A stretch of 40,266 nt of DNA from Zetaproteobacteria bacterium (GCA_021545645.1 JAJRWP010000108.1:1-40266); one strand, 5' to 3'. Positions 19,614-32,680 are shown, numbered from the stretch's first letter. Program-made: numbers and translations. Notes: a model not told the origin generated them from the letters alone.

Positions 19614-19994
19614 ATGAATATTATAAATTCTTGGCAAAATACGAATTCTGACCTCCATAGGAAGTATATCGGCAATATATCTATGCACCATGTGCTTGAG
19701 GCAACGCTTGAACTGCATGAACATCCCCAATTTGCTTCGCTTCGCTACATTATTGAGGACTACACAGAAGCAACCAACACACCATTTAAACATAAGGATT
19801 TAAAGGACTTCAGCAACGTCGTAAACCTACGCTCCAGAACCAAAAGAAACTTAAAAATTGCCATCGTCAGCCGCAATACAGCGGAATCCAGTATTACAGC
19901 AATAGATTTTTGTGAATTCATGAGGCAATGCCATTACCAATGCGAAGTTTTTTATACGTTTCCTGATGCCCAAGCATGGGCCACGGCATCTTAA
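19614..19994 (+). CDS. hypothetical protein, 126 aa (pattern reminiscent of SpoIIAA/STAS-like domains)
   Basis: Good SD (GGAGGGA). AT-rich islet. The layout (IGNIS..VLEA..HPQF..LRYIIEDYTEA ... KIAIVSRN ... EVFYTFPDAQAWA) resembles STAS-like DUF proteins as I remember them. Not verified. Confidence 0.5.
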   Translation: MNIINSWQNTNSDLHRKYIGNISMHHVLEATLELHEHPQFASLRYIIEDYTEATNTPFKHKDLKDFSNVVNLRSRTKRNLKIAIVSRNTAESSITAIDFCEFMRQCHYQCEVFYTFPDAQAWATAS

Positions 19995-20092
19995 ACGTTA
20001 AAAATTGGATTCCTCACCCGAAAGCGCAGGAAAATCGCGGATACACACCCTTTTACTAGATTCGCGCACAACCATAAAATCACACCGATTTC

Positions 20093-20258
20093 GACTTTGA
20101 TTCCCGATTGAGGCTGTGCCGGAATGGGTGTTTGCGAAACGGATTAGCGCGATGTTGCGCCCGTTTCGTAAATACACGGGCCGGGAATTCACAGCATCAA
20201 AGGGCGGCCTTCTTTGCTTCTTTCTTGGCCGCTCAAGAAAGAAGAAGCACCCAACATC
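20093..20258 (+). repeat. diverged copy C of the roughly 200-bp structured repeat
   Basis: The 3' half is near-identical to copies A and B (GGGCGGCCTTCTTTGCTTCTTTCTTGGCCGCTCAAGAAAGAAGAAGC). The 5' half is roughly 60-65% similar but retains the long hairpin (20128-20142 / 20161-20175). Confidence 0.6.
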
Positions 20259-20300
20259 TAATAAATGGTTAAACTGCCCCCCTTTTTTCTCGACAGCAAC

Positions 20301-20714
20301 TTACCTTCTTAGGAATTTCTCCATAATTAACGTTGGAAAGCCCTTAATGGTTATATAATTTTGAATTGCGCGTTCGAGCATATCTTTGGATTCTTCTGTG
20401 AGATCAGATGTATATGTTTCATTGGCATGGTGCTTCATAGCGTTTCGGGCATGATTGGCCCGAGTTGCCATAACTCTCCCATCTGCCTCCTCGCCATGGA
20501 GTATTTTTGTAATCATCTGAAACGCATTCTTCGATTCATCTAGGGCAGTGGGTCGTCCCATAGTTTTACACTGTTTGCCAAGAAGCTCTTCGACAGCTCC
20601 AGCAAGAGTTATGATGGAAGATAAGTTGCAATCATTTTCTTCAAACCAGAGTAGTAAAGCAACCTCAAGCTGATCTGTAGCAAGTGTAATTGTGTTATGT
20701 TTTTGCACTCCCAT
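20301..20714 (-). CDS. hypothetical alpha-helical protein with RNxxxH (HEPN-like) motif
   Basis: Start set to ATG 20714, preceded by a GAGGG Shine-Dalgarno-like sequence. Motif R-N-A-M-K-H is encoded at 20447..20430 (CGA AAC GCT ATG AAG CAC). About 137 aa, AT-rich. No recognisable partner gene. Confidence 0.5.
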   Translation of the reverse strand: MGVQKHNTITLATDQLEVALLLWFEENDCNLSSIITLAGAVEELLGKQCKTMGRPTALDESKNAFQMITKILHGEEADGRVMATRANHARNAMKHHANETYTSDLTEESKDMLERAIQNYITIKGFPTLIMEKFLRR

Positions 20715-20803
20715 TGAGCCACCCTCTATCAACTTTCTTTTACATATTTAATTTATCGACCATTATTTTTCCGACAATGCTGAAAACCTTGAATAAAAAG
20801 CCA

Positions 20804-22396
20804 TCACAAACTCTCCCTTGTCTTGTGAAAGCTAATCTCCGGCCATTGTTCTTCGGTGTAATTCAATTTCCACGCATCGGGGGCTAGATAGGCCAGTTGC
20901 TCTTCCGAATCGTGGGCCAGATTGGCGGAGAACAGGCGTTCGAATTCCTTGAGTTTGGCGGCATTATCGCAGCTAATCCAGCGCGCCAGCTTGAAATCCG
21001 TACCGACATAATCAGCATCGACATTGTATTCCGCCTTTAATCTGGCCACCGCCACATCGAACTGCAACACACCCACCGCGCCGAGCAGATAATCGCCGCT
21101 CAAGACGGTCTTGAACACCTGCACCGCGCCCTCTTCGGCCAATTGCATCAAGCCTTTATGCAGCTGCTTGCGGCGCATCGGGTCTTTCAAACGAACACGC
21201 CGGAACATTTCCGGGGCGAAATTGGGAATACCGGTGAATTTTAGCGGCTCGCGGCTGGTGAAGGTATCGCCGATGCGAATCGTGCCGTGATTATGGATGC
21301 CGATAATATCACCGGCATAAGCTTCATCGACATGCGCCCTGTCCTGCGCCATAAATACGGTGGCATTGGCCAATTTCACATCCTTGCCGATGCGATGATG
21401 GCGCACGCTCATGCCCTTCTCGAATTTACCCGAACAAATGCGGAAAAACGCGATGCGGTCACGATGCGCCGGGTCCATATTGGCCTGAATTTTGAACGCA
21501 AAGGCGGAAAAATCCGTTTCTTCAGGTTCGACAACACGTTCGGCGGCCTCGCGCGGGCCGGGCGGCGGTGCAAGCTCGACAAAGGCATCGAGCAACTCTT
21601 TCACACCGAAATTATTAATCGCGCTGCCAAAAAATACCGGCGTCTGCCCGCCATTTAGAAATTGCGCCATGTCCAGCGGATTGCTGGCTCCGGAAAGCAA
21701 CTCGATATGCTCGCGCAATTCATCGGCTTGTGCGCCGAGCAATTCATCCAGACGAGGATCGTCCAAATCCTCGATATGCACGTTATCGCTATGCGCGGTG
21801 TCCTGCGACGGGGTGAATAAATTGAGTTCCTGCTTGTGTAAATTATACACGCCCTTGAACAATTTCCCCATGCCGATCGGCCACGACATCGGCACGCATT
21901 CGATCTGCAATTTATCCTCGATGTCGGCGAGAATATCCAGCGGCTCCAGTCCATCGCGGTCCATTTTGTTGATGAAAGTGACAATCGGCGTATTGCGCAT
22001 GCGGCAAACACCCATCAGTTTTTCGGTCTGCGCTTCCACGCCCTTGCCCGAATCAATGACCATCATCGCCGAATCGACGGCGGTTAGCACGCGATACGTA
22101 TCCTCGGAAAAATCCTGATGACCGGGGGTGTCGAGCAGGTTGATTTCGTAATCGTTATTGTCCAGACGGTAATTGAATTTCATCACCGACGAAGCCACCG
22201 AAATACCGCGCTCCTGCTCGATTTTCATCCAGTCGGAAGTGGCATGGCGGCTGGCTTTGCGTGCCTTGACCGCTCCGGCCATCTGAATCGCACCGCCGAA
22301 CAATAATAATTTCTCGGTCAGCGTCGTTTTGCCGGAATCGGGATGTGAAATAATCCCGAAGGTACGTCGTTTTTCGATTTCTGTTGCTAAACTCAT
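20804..22396 (-). CDS. prfC: peptide chain release factor 3 (GTPase)
   Basis: 530 aa. [30 protein letters not shown]1 motif, DTPGHQDF G3, NKMD G4. Confidence 0.95.
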   Translation of the reverse strand: MSLATEIEKRRTFGIISHPDSGKTTLTEKLLLFGGAIQMAGAVKARKASRHATSDWMKIEQERGISVASSVMKFNYRLDNNDYEINLLDTPGHQDFSEDTYRVLTAVDSAMMVIDSGKGVEAQTEKLMGVCRMRNTPIVTFINKMDRDGLEPLDILADIEDKLQIECVPMSWPIGMGKLFKGVYNLHKQELNLFTPSQDTAHSDNVHIEDLDDPRLDELLGAQADELREHIELLSGASNPLDMAQFLNGGQTPVFFGSAINNFGVKELLDAFVELAPPPGPREAAERVVEPEETDFSAFAFKIQANMDPAHRDRIAFFRICSGKFEKGMSVRHHRIGKDVKLANATVFMAQDRAHVDEAYAGDIIGIHNHGTIRIGDTFTSREPLKFTGIPNFAPEMFRRVRLKDPMRRKQLHKGLMQLAEEGAVQVFKTVLSGDYLLGAVGVLQFDVAVARLKAEYNVDADYVGTDFKLARWISCDNAAKLKEFERLFSANLAHDSEEQLAYLAPDAWKLNYTEEQWPEISFHKTRESL

Positions 22397-22437
22397 GGGC
22401 GCTCCACTGATTCAAGGAGCGGCAGTGTAGCGAAAGC

Positions 22438-23310
22438 CTACCAGTTGGTCAGCAGAATACCGGCCCCGAAGCGGGCATTCAGCCGATTGTATTCAATCAA
22501 ATTCTCGCCGTAACCGTAAAATGCCTGCGCATAAAGGCTGAAATCGCCATCGGGAACCTTCCAGCTCCAATCGAGTTGCAGCGCGCCCCTGTTGCCGTTG
22601 ATGCGCAAATTATCGCGCAACATCACATGCAATTTCTGCTTAAATTCGCCATTTTTATCCATATCGCCAAGGGAATAACGTCCGTCGAACTGCCAGAAAC
22701 CGTAAAAACGGGTAATATCGCGATTGTTGTCAGCCGATTTTTTCTCTGGAACGCGAAACCAGCTGCGTAATGCGCCAACCCAGCGATCATCGTCCGCATC
22801 CAATTTTACTTCGCCGTAAATACGGTTCCAACTGCGCGAAAAAGGATCGGAACGGCCATTCGATTGATGATCAACGCCGAGCCGGTAGAGGCTAGTCGTT
22901 TGCCCCAAAACACCTTCAGCCAACAGATTGTCTTTTCCTTGCCACTGCACAAATATTTCCGGCTCGAAATTGTTCTCGCGAAATGGCGCGGAAAGCGGCT
23001 TGTTGAACAACTGCCAATAGGATTGCTGCGTGTAGGCAAGGCCGACATCGAAATTCTCGCCTTCGTAAACATAACCCTGAAAGCTAATCTGAAATTTCAC
23101 TTCGTTTTGCAGGTATTGGCTGCCCAGCGTCGGGCCGTAAACGGCATTGAAATTGTTCTGGTTGTTGTAGGAATAGAACAACAAATAGCTCTGCCGATAT
23201 TGCTTCATGCCTTCGATTATTTTACCGCCCGCCAGCGCATCTTCGACATGGATTAGCACAGCACAAAGCATTGCCGCCAACAGCAATATCCTATTCATTC
23301 TTCTCCCCAT
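22438..23310 (-). CDS. pldA: outer-membrane phospholipase A1
   Basis: 290 aa with signal peptide. Catalytic HQSNG motif (VDHQSNGRS) and C-terminal aromatic beta-barrel end ...ILLTNW. Confidence 0.9.
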   Translation of the reverse strand: MGRRMNRILLLAAMLCAVLIHVEDALAGGKIIEGMKQYRQSYLLFYSYNNQNNFNAVYGPTLGSQYLQNEVKFQISFQGYVYEGENFDVGLAYTQQSYWQLFNKPLSAPFRENNFEPEIFVQWQGKDNLLAEGVLGQTTSLYRLGVDHQSNGRSDPFSRSWNRIYGEVKLDADDDRWVGALRSWFRVPEKKSADNNRDITRFYGFWQFDGRYSLGDMDKNGEFKQKLHVMLRDNLRINGNRGALQLDWSWKVPDGDFSLYAQAFYGYGENLIEYNRLNARFGAGILLTNW

Positions 23311-23362
23311 GCCTTGCTCCCACTAGGCGAAAAGACACTGCATCGCCAGTTTGTGCTATAAT

Positions 23363-25645
<2,283 letters not shown>

Positions 25646-25649
<4 letters not shown>

Positions 25650-27235
25650 ATCTCCCCCAATTCGGCATAACGCACCATCAACACATGCGGAACGTCAGCC
25701 AAGCGTGCTAACACGGCATCTGAAGGTGTGGCATCGACTTGAATCAGCGCCACCGCATTATCGGTATCGGCGCGCCGACCTAGGCGGAAATCGCCGATAT
25801 TGATATTCGCTTCGGCAAGAATCGCACCGATGGCGGCAATCACGCCGGGACAATCTTCGTTTTGCAGGAAAATCAGATTGCCGGCAGGTGCGATTTCCAC
25901 CTCGCAGGTATCGAAACTAACCAAACGCGGGCGCGATTCATCGAATAACGTACCGGAAACGCAGCGCGAGCCTTCGTCGCCTTCGACTTCTAGGCGAATC
26001 AGCGTGGCAAAACTTTCCGACGTATCACGCGCCGATTCGCATACCTCAATGCCGCGATCCTTGGCCAGCATACCGGCATTGACCGCATTCACATCCTCCA
26101 TGCTTTCGGACAACAGCCCTTGCAGCATGCAGTTAATCAGCGGCTTGCGATTGATACCCGCCGCATGCCCCTCGAAATGTGCGGTGATACGCGAATAGCC
26201 CGGCTGCATGGTCTGACCGATAAAATGACCCATGCGCTCGGCCAACAGCAGATACGGGGCCAGCAAACGCTGCTCCTCTTCGGATAGCGACGGCACATTC
26301 ACCGCATTGCGCACCACGCCGGTCAGCAAATAATCCGACATCTGCTCGGCAATTTGCACCGCCACATTTTCCTGCGCTTCATGGGTGGAAGCACCGATAT
26401 GCGGCGTGAAACTCACATTGTCCAGTTCAAACAGCGGGTTTTCGCGCGCCGGTTCCTGCGCATATACATCCAGTGCTGCCGCCCGCAAATGACCGCTCTT
26501 GCAAGCATCGTAAACCGCTTGCTCATCGACAATGCCGCCGCGCGCGCAATTGACCAGAATCGCGCCCTTTTTCATCTGCGCAATCATGTCCGCATCAATC
26601 AGATTGCGTGTCGCATCAATCAACGGCACATGCACGGTCAACACATCGACCATCGCCGCCAATTCGGCCACCGAATCCACCTTGCTCACGCCCATCGCTT
26701 CGGCGCGTTCGTCGGAAATAAACGGGTCGTAAACAAACACGCTCATGTGCAGGCCTTTCAGCCGATCGCAAACAATCGCACCGATATTGCCCGCACCAAT
26801 CACCCCGGCCTTTTTGCCGGTCAATTCCATGCCCATAAAACGCGATTTTTCCCATTTTCCGGCACGCGTCGATGCCGAGGCCTGCGGAATCATGCGTGCG
26901 GCAGCAACAATATGCGCCACCGCCAATTCCGCCGTGGTAATGGTATTCCCGAACGGTGTATTCATCACCACAACACCGCGCCGCGAGCAATCGGTGGTAT
27001 CGATATTATCCACGCCGATACCGGCACGGCCAATCACCTTCACCCTGTTCGCCGCAGCAAGCAGCTCGCCTTTCAGGGTTGTCGAAGAACGCACCGCGAT
27101 GCCGTCGTAATCACCGGCAATGGCCTGCTTTTCATCGTCGGAAAGTCCCGGCTTGTAGTCCACGTCGATACCGCGCATTTTGAATACTTCGATAGCCCGT
27201 TCGGACATTTTATCGGCAATCCATACCTTCGGCAT
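25646..27235 (-). CDS. serA: D-3-phosphoglycerate dehydrogenase, long form with ASB and ACT domains
   Basis: Start moved to ATG 27235 (MPKVWIADKMSERAIEVF). NAD motif GVIGAGNIGAIV. ARGGIVDE and the catalytic His region. 529 aa. Confidence 0.95.
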
Positions 27236-27239
27236 TTCG

Positions 27240-28400
27240 TTACCCCTGCGCCGGAAAACGCTCGGCCAGCACGGTTTGCGCCGCCGCCACGCCCGCGCCC
27301 ATTTGCACCGGATGACCAAAACGATTCAGAGCGATTTCAATGGCGCTCATCGCCGTGGTAATGTCGAACACATCGTAATAACCGAGATGCGCAATGCGAA
27401 TGATTTTGCCTTTCAAGTGATCCTGCCCACCGGCAAAAGTCACACCCATCGTATCGCGCAGGTATTTGACGAACGCCCCGCCATCGACACCTTCGGGAAC
27501 GAATGCACCGGTAGCACTGCTTGCCGGTGCTGTGGAAACAGGTTTCATACCCAACGCCGCCACACCGGCACGCGCCGCTTTGGCCAGCAGCGCATGACGA
27601 GCGAAAAGATTGTCCAAACCTTCCTCAAACATCATTTTCAGCACTTCGTTCAGGCCAATGACCAAGGACGCGGCAGGGGTCCATGCGGTCGTATCCTTGC
27701 CTGCTTGCTGATTTTTGCGTTCGGTCACCAAATCGAAATAGAAATTGGGGCAGGTGGCGCTTTCGGTCAGCGCCCATGCCTTATCGGACAGCGCAATCAT
27801 GGCCAATCCCGGCGGCAGCATCAGTGCCTTCTGCGAACCGGTAATCACCACATCCAGACCCCAATCGTCCATCGGCATATCAATCACGCCGAGCGCGGTA
27901 ATGGCATCGACAACGGTCACGCAACCGTCTCTATTCGCCGTCAAACGCGCCACTTCGCGCACCGGATGTTCGGTGGTGGTGCTGGTTTCCGAGGCTTGCA
28001 GGAACACACCTTTGGCTGCGGGATTGGCATTCAGCGCCGCTTCGACAGCTGCAACTTCAACAGCATCGCCCCACTGCACCTTGATTTCGACGGCATTGAC
28101 GCCGTATTTAGCGGCGATTTTACCCCAGCGTTCGCCAAATTTGCCGCCGTTCACATAGATAATGGTATCGCCCGGCGAACACAGATTGGTAATCGCTGCC
28201 TCCATCGCACCTGAACCGCTTGATGCCAGCATCAAGGCGTCATTCGATGTCTGATACACCTGCTCCAGCATGCGCTTGGTTTCGGCAAAAATAGCCGAAA
28301 ATTGCGGTGTACGGTGATGAATCATCGGATGCGCCATACGCAGAAGCACGCGCTCCGGAACTGCAGTCGGGCCGGGGGAAAGAAGGTATTGCTTTAACAT
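27240..28400 (-). CDS. class V PLP aminotransferase (serine-pyruvate/AGXT-like; probably the phosphoserine aminotransferase of this operon)
   Basis: Start at ATG 28400 (MLKQYLLSPGPTAVPERVL). PLP-lysine motif ITGSQKALMLPPGL. The stop lies 4 nt before the serA start. Confidence 0.85.
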   Translation of the reverse strand: MLKQYLLSPGPTAVPERVLLRMAHPMIHHRTPQFSAIFAETKRMLEQVYQTSNDALMLASSGSGAMEAAITNLCSPGDTIIYVNGGKFGERWGKIAAKYGVNAVEIKVQWGDAVEVAAVEAALNANPAAKGVFLQASETSTTTEHPVREVARLTANRDGCVTVVDAITALGVIDMPMDDWGLDVVITGSQKALMLPPGLAMIALSDKAWALTESATCPNFYFDLVTERKNQQAGKDTTAWTPAASLVIGLNEVLKMMFEEGLDNLFARHALLAKAARAGVAALGMKPVSTAPASSATGAFVPEGVDGGAFVKYLRDTMGVTFAGGQDHLKGKIIRIAHLGYYDVFDITTAMSAIEIALNRFGHPVQMGAGVAAAQTVLAERFPAQG

Positions 28401-28532
28401 GGGAATAATATTTCTCCGCAAAGGGGATTTGCACCCGATGTTAAAATGATTCGCGGTGCGCGGCGATGCTAGCCTGCGACTGCGTTAGGTCAATGTGGCA
28501 TACGCCCCCTTATTTTACATTGCATCATATCT

Positions 28533-31500
28533 ATGGTCGGACACAAAGCTTTGCGGCATGATTCCGCGCCGATGAATACGCAGCCCCCCGGACTGGCCTA
28601 TCGACTGGCGCAAACCGCGCGCGCCGATGGCTTTTCGATCTATATTTGTGCCGATTTGCGCAGCTATCGCCAGCTTTCCGAGGAATTGGCGTTCTTTTTG
28701 CAAGATGCACCGCAGCTTTTGCAGCGTTTTCCGGCTTGGGAAGTGCTGCCCTACGACCGCGTCAGCCCGCATCATGCCATTGTCGGCGAACGATTCGCCA
28801 CGCTGGCACGCTTGTTAAACGAGGCGAATCCGCAGGGGCTGCTGCTCACCGCCCTGCCCGCTTGGTTGCAGCGCATCGCGCCGCCGGAATCGGTTGCCGC
28901 GCACGTCTGGCAACTGAAAGCCGGAGACCGGCTGGATATTTCGATGCTGAAAGAACGCCTGTCGCTGGCCGGTATGCAGGCGGCGGACCGGGTGCTGGAT
29001 CGTGGCGAATTTGCGGCGCGCGGCGGTATTCTCGATGTTTGGCCGGCCACCGAAGATCAACCGCTGCGGCTGGATATGTTTGGCGATGAAATCGAATCGA
29101 TCCGCCGCTTCGACATCGAATCGCAACGCTCCGGCGAGTATTTAGAACAATTCATTTCCGTTCCAGTACGCGAAGTGATTCTCGATGAAGCGGGCAGTTC
29201 TTGTTTCGCCGCCTCTTTCCGGGCGCGTTTTCCGCATCAACGCAAGCATCCGATGCTCGCATCCGCCTTGGCCGGACGTCCGCATCCGGGCATCGAATCG
29301 CTGCTGCCGCTGGCCTACGAAAAAACCGCGCGGCTGGCCGATTATCTGCCACCGTCGGTAAATATTTACGCGCCAAACGGCATCGAATCGAAACGCCGCG
29401 ATTTTGCCGCACAAGTGCGCGATCAATTCGACATGGTGCGTGCCAGTTCCGAGCCGGTGATCAGTCCGCAGGAACTGTACGCCGTTGAAACACGGGTTGG
29501 CGCGTCAATCTTGCCCAAAAAAAGCAATATCAGCGCCGCTCCGTCGCTGCAAACGCATCTGGAAGAAAGCCATCCGCTTGCCGCCATACAGGATGAACTC
29601 GCTAGGACGATAAAACGCGGCTGGCGGGTTCTTCTCGTGGCACACGGGCCGGGGCAACAGGAACGCATGCTCGAAGCCTGCGCACCGTTCGCCGACGGAA
29701 CGATTCCGCACTGCCACGGCCTGCACGATTTACCGGACACGGCAATCGCCACGAGCCTCGGTTTTCTCGATCAAGGCATGCGTTTCGCCGATGAAAAGCT
29801 GCTGATTCTAACTGGCCGCGAACTGCTCGGCCAACGCCTGCCGCGCAAACGCGGACGCAGCAGCGCACTGGTGCGCGCCGATGTGTTCGCTTCCTTGCAG
29901 GAACTCAATCCCGGCGATCCGGTGGTGCACGAAGATCACGGCGTCGGTCGCTATAAAGGCTTGGTCAGCATGCCGTCCGGCGATGGAATTGATGAGCTAT
30001 ACGCCGATTTTCTGCATATCGCATACGCCGGAGATGCCAGTATTTATGTACCGGTCGAAGAGCTTGGCCGCCTGCACCGTTATACCGGCGACGACAATCC
30101 GCCGCTGAACAGACTCGGCTCGGAAAAATGGAAACGCACCCGCCAACGGGTCGAGCGCGATCTTTTGGCGATGGCCAACGAATTAATCGATACCGAAGCG
30201 GCGCGCCGTCAGGTCAAACGCCCGCCCTGCCGTTTAACAGGCGAGGCGGAACGCGATTACGAGGAATTCGCCGCCCGTTTTCCGTTCGAGGAAACCGACG
30301 ATCAGGTGGAAGCCATCGACCGCGTGCTTGAAGATCTGGCCAAGGATACGCCGATGGATCGGGTCGTGTGCGGCGATGTCGGTTTCGGCAAAACGGAAAT
30401 CGCCATGCGTGCCGCCTTTGTAGTGGCGCGCGCCGGACGCCAAGTGGCGCTGCTGGCCCCGACCACCGTACTCGCCAATCAGCATTTCAACAGCCTGAAC
30501 GAGCGATTTGCCGGTACAGATTTTCACATCGAACTGATTACCCGCCTGCAAGGCAAAAAAGACAGCGAACGCATCGCCCGCGAGTTGAAAAACGGCAAAA
30601 CACGCATCGTCATCGGAACCCATCGCCTGCTCTCGGATATGTTTACGTTCGCCGATCTGGGCATGGTCATTGTCGATGAAGAACAGCGGTTTGGAGTAAA
30701 GCACAAGGAAAAACTCAAATCGTTACACGCCGCCAGCGATGTATTAACGCTCACCGCCACACCGATTCCGCGCACCCTGCATCAGACCCTTTCCGGCCTG
30801 CGCAGCGTGTCGATTATTAGCACCCCGCCTGCCGAACGCGAAGCGATTCGCACCATGGCCGCCGAATTCGATCCGCACCTTGCCAACGAGGCGATTCGCC
30901 GTGAAATGTATCGCGGCGGGCAAGTCTATTATCTGCACAATCATGTCAAAAGTATTGCGCGCATCGCCGATAGATTACGCGAAGATATTCCGGAAGCGGA
31001 AATCGGTATTGCCCACGGGCAAATGAGCCCGGCGGAACTGGACCGGCAGATGATGCGCTTTTACGAAGGGCGATTGCATGTACTGGTATGCACGACGATT
31101 ATCGAATCGGGACTGGACGTACCAAATGCCAACACCCTGCTTGTCGAACGCGCCGATTTGCTCGGCCTGTCGCAATTGCACCAGATTCGTGGCCGTGTTG
31201 GACGCAGCCATCATCAGGCCTATGCCTATTTGTTTACACCGGATGCGCGGGCGATGACCCGGGATGCGCGCGAACGTTTGCAAGCCATTGCCGAGCATTC
31301 GGGGCTGGGAGCCGGGTTTATGATTGCCCGGCAGGATATGGAGTTGCGCGGCGCTGGCAATCTGCTCGGGCAGGAGCAATCGGGTCAAATCGAAGCGATT
31401 GGGCTAGATATGTATCTGGATATGCTGTCCAAAGCCGTCGCCGAATCGCGTGGCGCACCTGCACCGAAAACATGGCGCGTCGAATTGCATCTCAATGTCA

Positions 31501-31922
31501 ATGCGATTCTCCCGCCCGATTATATCCCGCAGGTCAGCGAGCGATTGGCGCTTTACCGGCGCTTGGCGCAAGTCGAAAACGACGAACACCTCAGCCTGCT
31601 GTTCGAAGAAATCACCGACCGTTTCGGCAAAATGCCGGACGAAGCACGCTTGGCACTGGAACAAGCACGCCTGCGCTGGCGCTGCCAACGCTTGCACATC
31701 AGCCGTTTGGATATGCAGGCCAACGGCACGCGCATCGCGTTCAGCGAATCCTCGCCCATTGATCCCGGAAAAATGCTTATGCGCGTGCAACAAGAACCGA
31801 ATCGCTTCCGTCTCACCCCGGACGGGCAACTCACGCTGCTTGAACACGCCGATGATCCGCGCCAGCGCCTTAGCGATTGCATTGCCTTTCTTGATGCACT
31901 GTTGAAGGATGGCGCACCATGA
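28533..31922 (+). CDS. mfd: transcription-repair coupling factor
   Basis: 1129 aa. Superfamily-2 helicase motifs (GDVGFGKTEIAMRAA, DEEQRFG, TATPIPRT, QLHQIRGRVGRS). The exact start is uncertain (ATG 28533 used). Confidence 0.95.
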   Translation: MVGHKALRHDSAPMNTQPPGLAYRLAQTARADGFSIYICADLRSYRQLSEELAFFLQDAPQLLQRFPAWEVLPYDRVSPHHAIVGERFATLARLLNEANPQGLLLTALPAWLQRIAPPESVAAHVWQLKAGDRLDISMLKERLSLAGMQAADRVLDRGEFAARGGILDVWPATEDQPLRLDMFGDEIESIRRFDIESQRSGEYLEQFISVPVREVILDEAGSSCFAASFRARFPHQRKHPMLASALAGRPHPGIESLLPLAYEKTARLADYLPPSVNIYAPNGIESKRRDFAAQVRDQFDMVRASSEPVISPQELYAVETRVGASILPKKSNISAAPSLQTHLEESHPLAAIQDELARTIKRGWRVLLVAHGPGQQERMLEACAPFADGTIPHCHGLHDLPDTAIATSLGFLDQGMRFADEKLLILTGRELLGQRLPRKRGRSSALVRADVFASLQELNPGDPVVHEDHGVGRYKGLVSMPSGDGIDELYADFLHIAYAGDASIYVPVEELGRLHRYTGDDNPPLNRLGSEKWKRTRQRVERDLLAMANELIDTEAARRQVKRPPCRLTGEAERDYEEFAARFPFEETDDQVEAIDRVLEDLAKDTPMDRVVCGDVGFGKTEIAMRAAFVVARAGRQVALLAPTTVLANQHFNSLNERFAGTDFHIELITRLQGKKDSERIARELKNGKTRIVIGTHRLLSDMFTFADLGMVIVDEEQRFGVKHKEKLKSLHAASDVLTLTATPIPRTLHQTLSGLRSVSIISTPPAEREAIRTMAAEFDPHLANEAIRREMYRGGQVYYLHNHVKSIARIADRLREDIPEAEIGIAHGQMSPAELDRQMMRFYEGRLHVLVCTTIIESGLDVPNANTLLVERADLLGLSQLHQIRGRVGRSHHQAYAYLFTPDARAMTRDARERLQAIAEHSGLGAGFMIARQDMELRGAGNLLGQEQSGQIEAIGLDMYLDMLSKAVAESRGAPAPKTWRVELHLNVNAILPPDYIPQVSERLALYRRLAQVENDEHLSLLFEEITDRFGKMPDEARLALEQARLRWRCQRLHISRLDMQANGTRIAFSESSPIDPGKMLMRVQQEPNRFRLTPDGQLTLLEHADDPRQRLSDCIAFLDALLKDGAP

Positions 31923-32587
31923 CGACATCCGAAAATACCCCCACCCTCGCATCGCCCGGTCTTTTGTTTATGGACATGGATTCGACACTGATTCAGTGCG
32001 AATGCATTGATGAAATCGCCGCGTTTCTCGGTATCAAGGCGCAGATTTCGGCGATTACCGAGCGCGCCATGCGCGGTGAACTGGATTTTTCCGCTTCATT
32101 GACCGAGCGGGTGCAATTGCTGGCCGGTCTGGATGCATCGGTGCTGGATCGGGTGTACGACGAGTGCATCGAACTGACCGAAGGCGCGGAAACGCTGATT
32201 CAGACACTCAAATCGCACCATTGGAAGGTCGGTTTGGTCTCCGGCGGCTTCACTTATTTCACCAACCGGCTCAAAACGCGCCTCGGACTGGATTTCACAC
32301 TGTCCAATGTGCTGGAAATTAAAAACGGCAAACTGACCGGCGCGATTATCGGCAATATCGTCGATGCCAACGCAAAAAAACAAGCGCTTTTAAGTCAGAC
32401 CGCCGCTTGGCAAATCCCACATACACAAACCGTAGCCATCGGCGACGGCGCTAACGATTTGCCGATGATTCATGCTGCCGCCCTCGGCATAGCCTTCCAT
32501 GCCAAGCCGAAAGTGGTCGCCGAAGCGCCGTTTGCCATCAACGACGGCGGCTTGGATAAGGCCTTGGAACTGCTAACAGCAGCTTGA
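31919..32587 (+). CDS. serB: phosphoserine phosphatase (HAD family)
   Basis: 222 aa. HAD motif I FMDMDSTLI, motif GDGANDLPMI. The ATG overlaps the mfd stop (ATGA). Confidence 0.88.
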   Translation: MTTSENTPTLASPGLLFMDMDSTLIQCECIDEIAAFLGIKAQISAITERAMRGELDFSASLTERVQLLAGLDASVLDRVYDECIELTEGAETLIQTLKSHHWKVGLVSGGFTYFTNRLKTRLGLDFTLSNVLEIKNGKLTGAIIGNIVDANAKKQALLSQTAAWQIPHTQTVAIGDGANDLPMIHAAALGIAFHAKPKVVAEAPFAINDGGLDKALELLTAA

Positions 32588-32613
32588 AAACCCCGCGCTA
32601 AAAACGCCAGCCT

Positions 32614-32650
32614 GAAAAAAAATCCCCCGCCGAAGCGGGGGATTGTAAAA
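32614..32650 (-). terminator. rho-independent terminator of the OmpA-like operon (between convergent serB and ompA-like genes)
   Basis: AATCCCCCGC (32621-30) / GCGGGGGATT (32635-44) form a 10-bp stem. On the minus strand it has a TTCG loop and is followed by T8. Confidence 0.65.
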
Positions 32651-32680
32651 ACACCAGAGATGACTCGCTAAACAAACGCC

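Noticed and set aside
20217-20244. Recurrence of the 28-nt CTTCTTTCTT-N8-AAGAAAGAAG unit as a possible CRISPR-like repeat.
   Set aside because: There are only three copies in 40 kb, separated by 1 kb and 17 kb. Each is embedded in a longer homologous element, with no regular spacer array and no cas genes.
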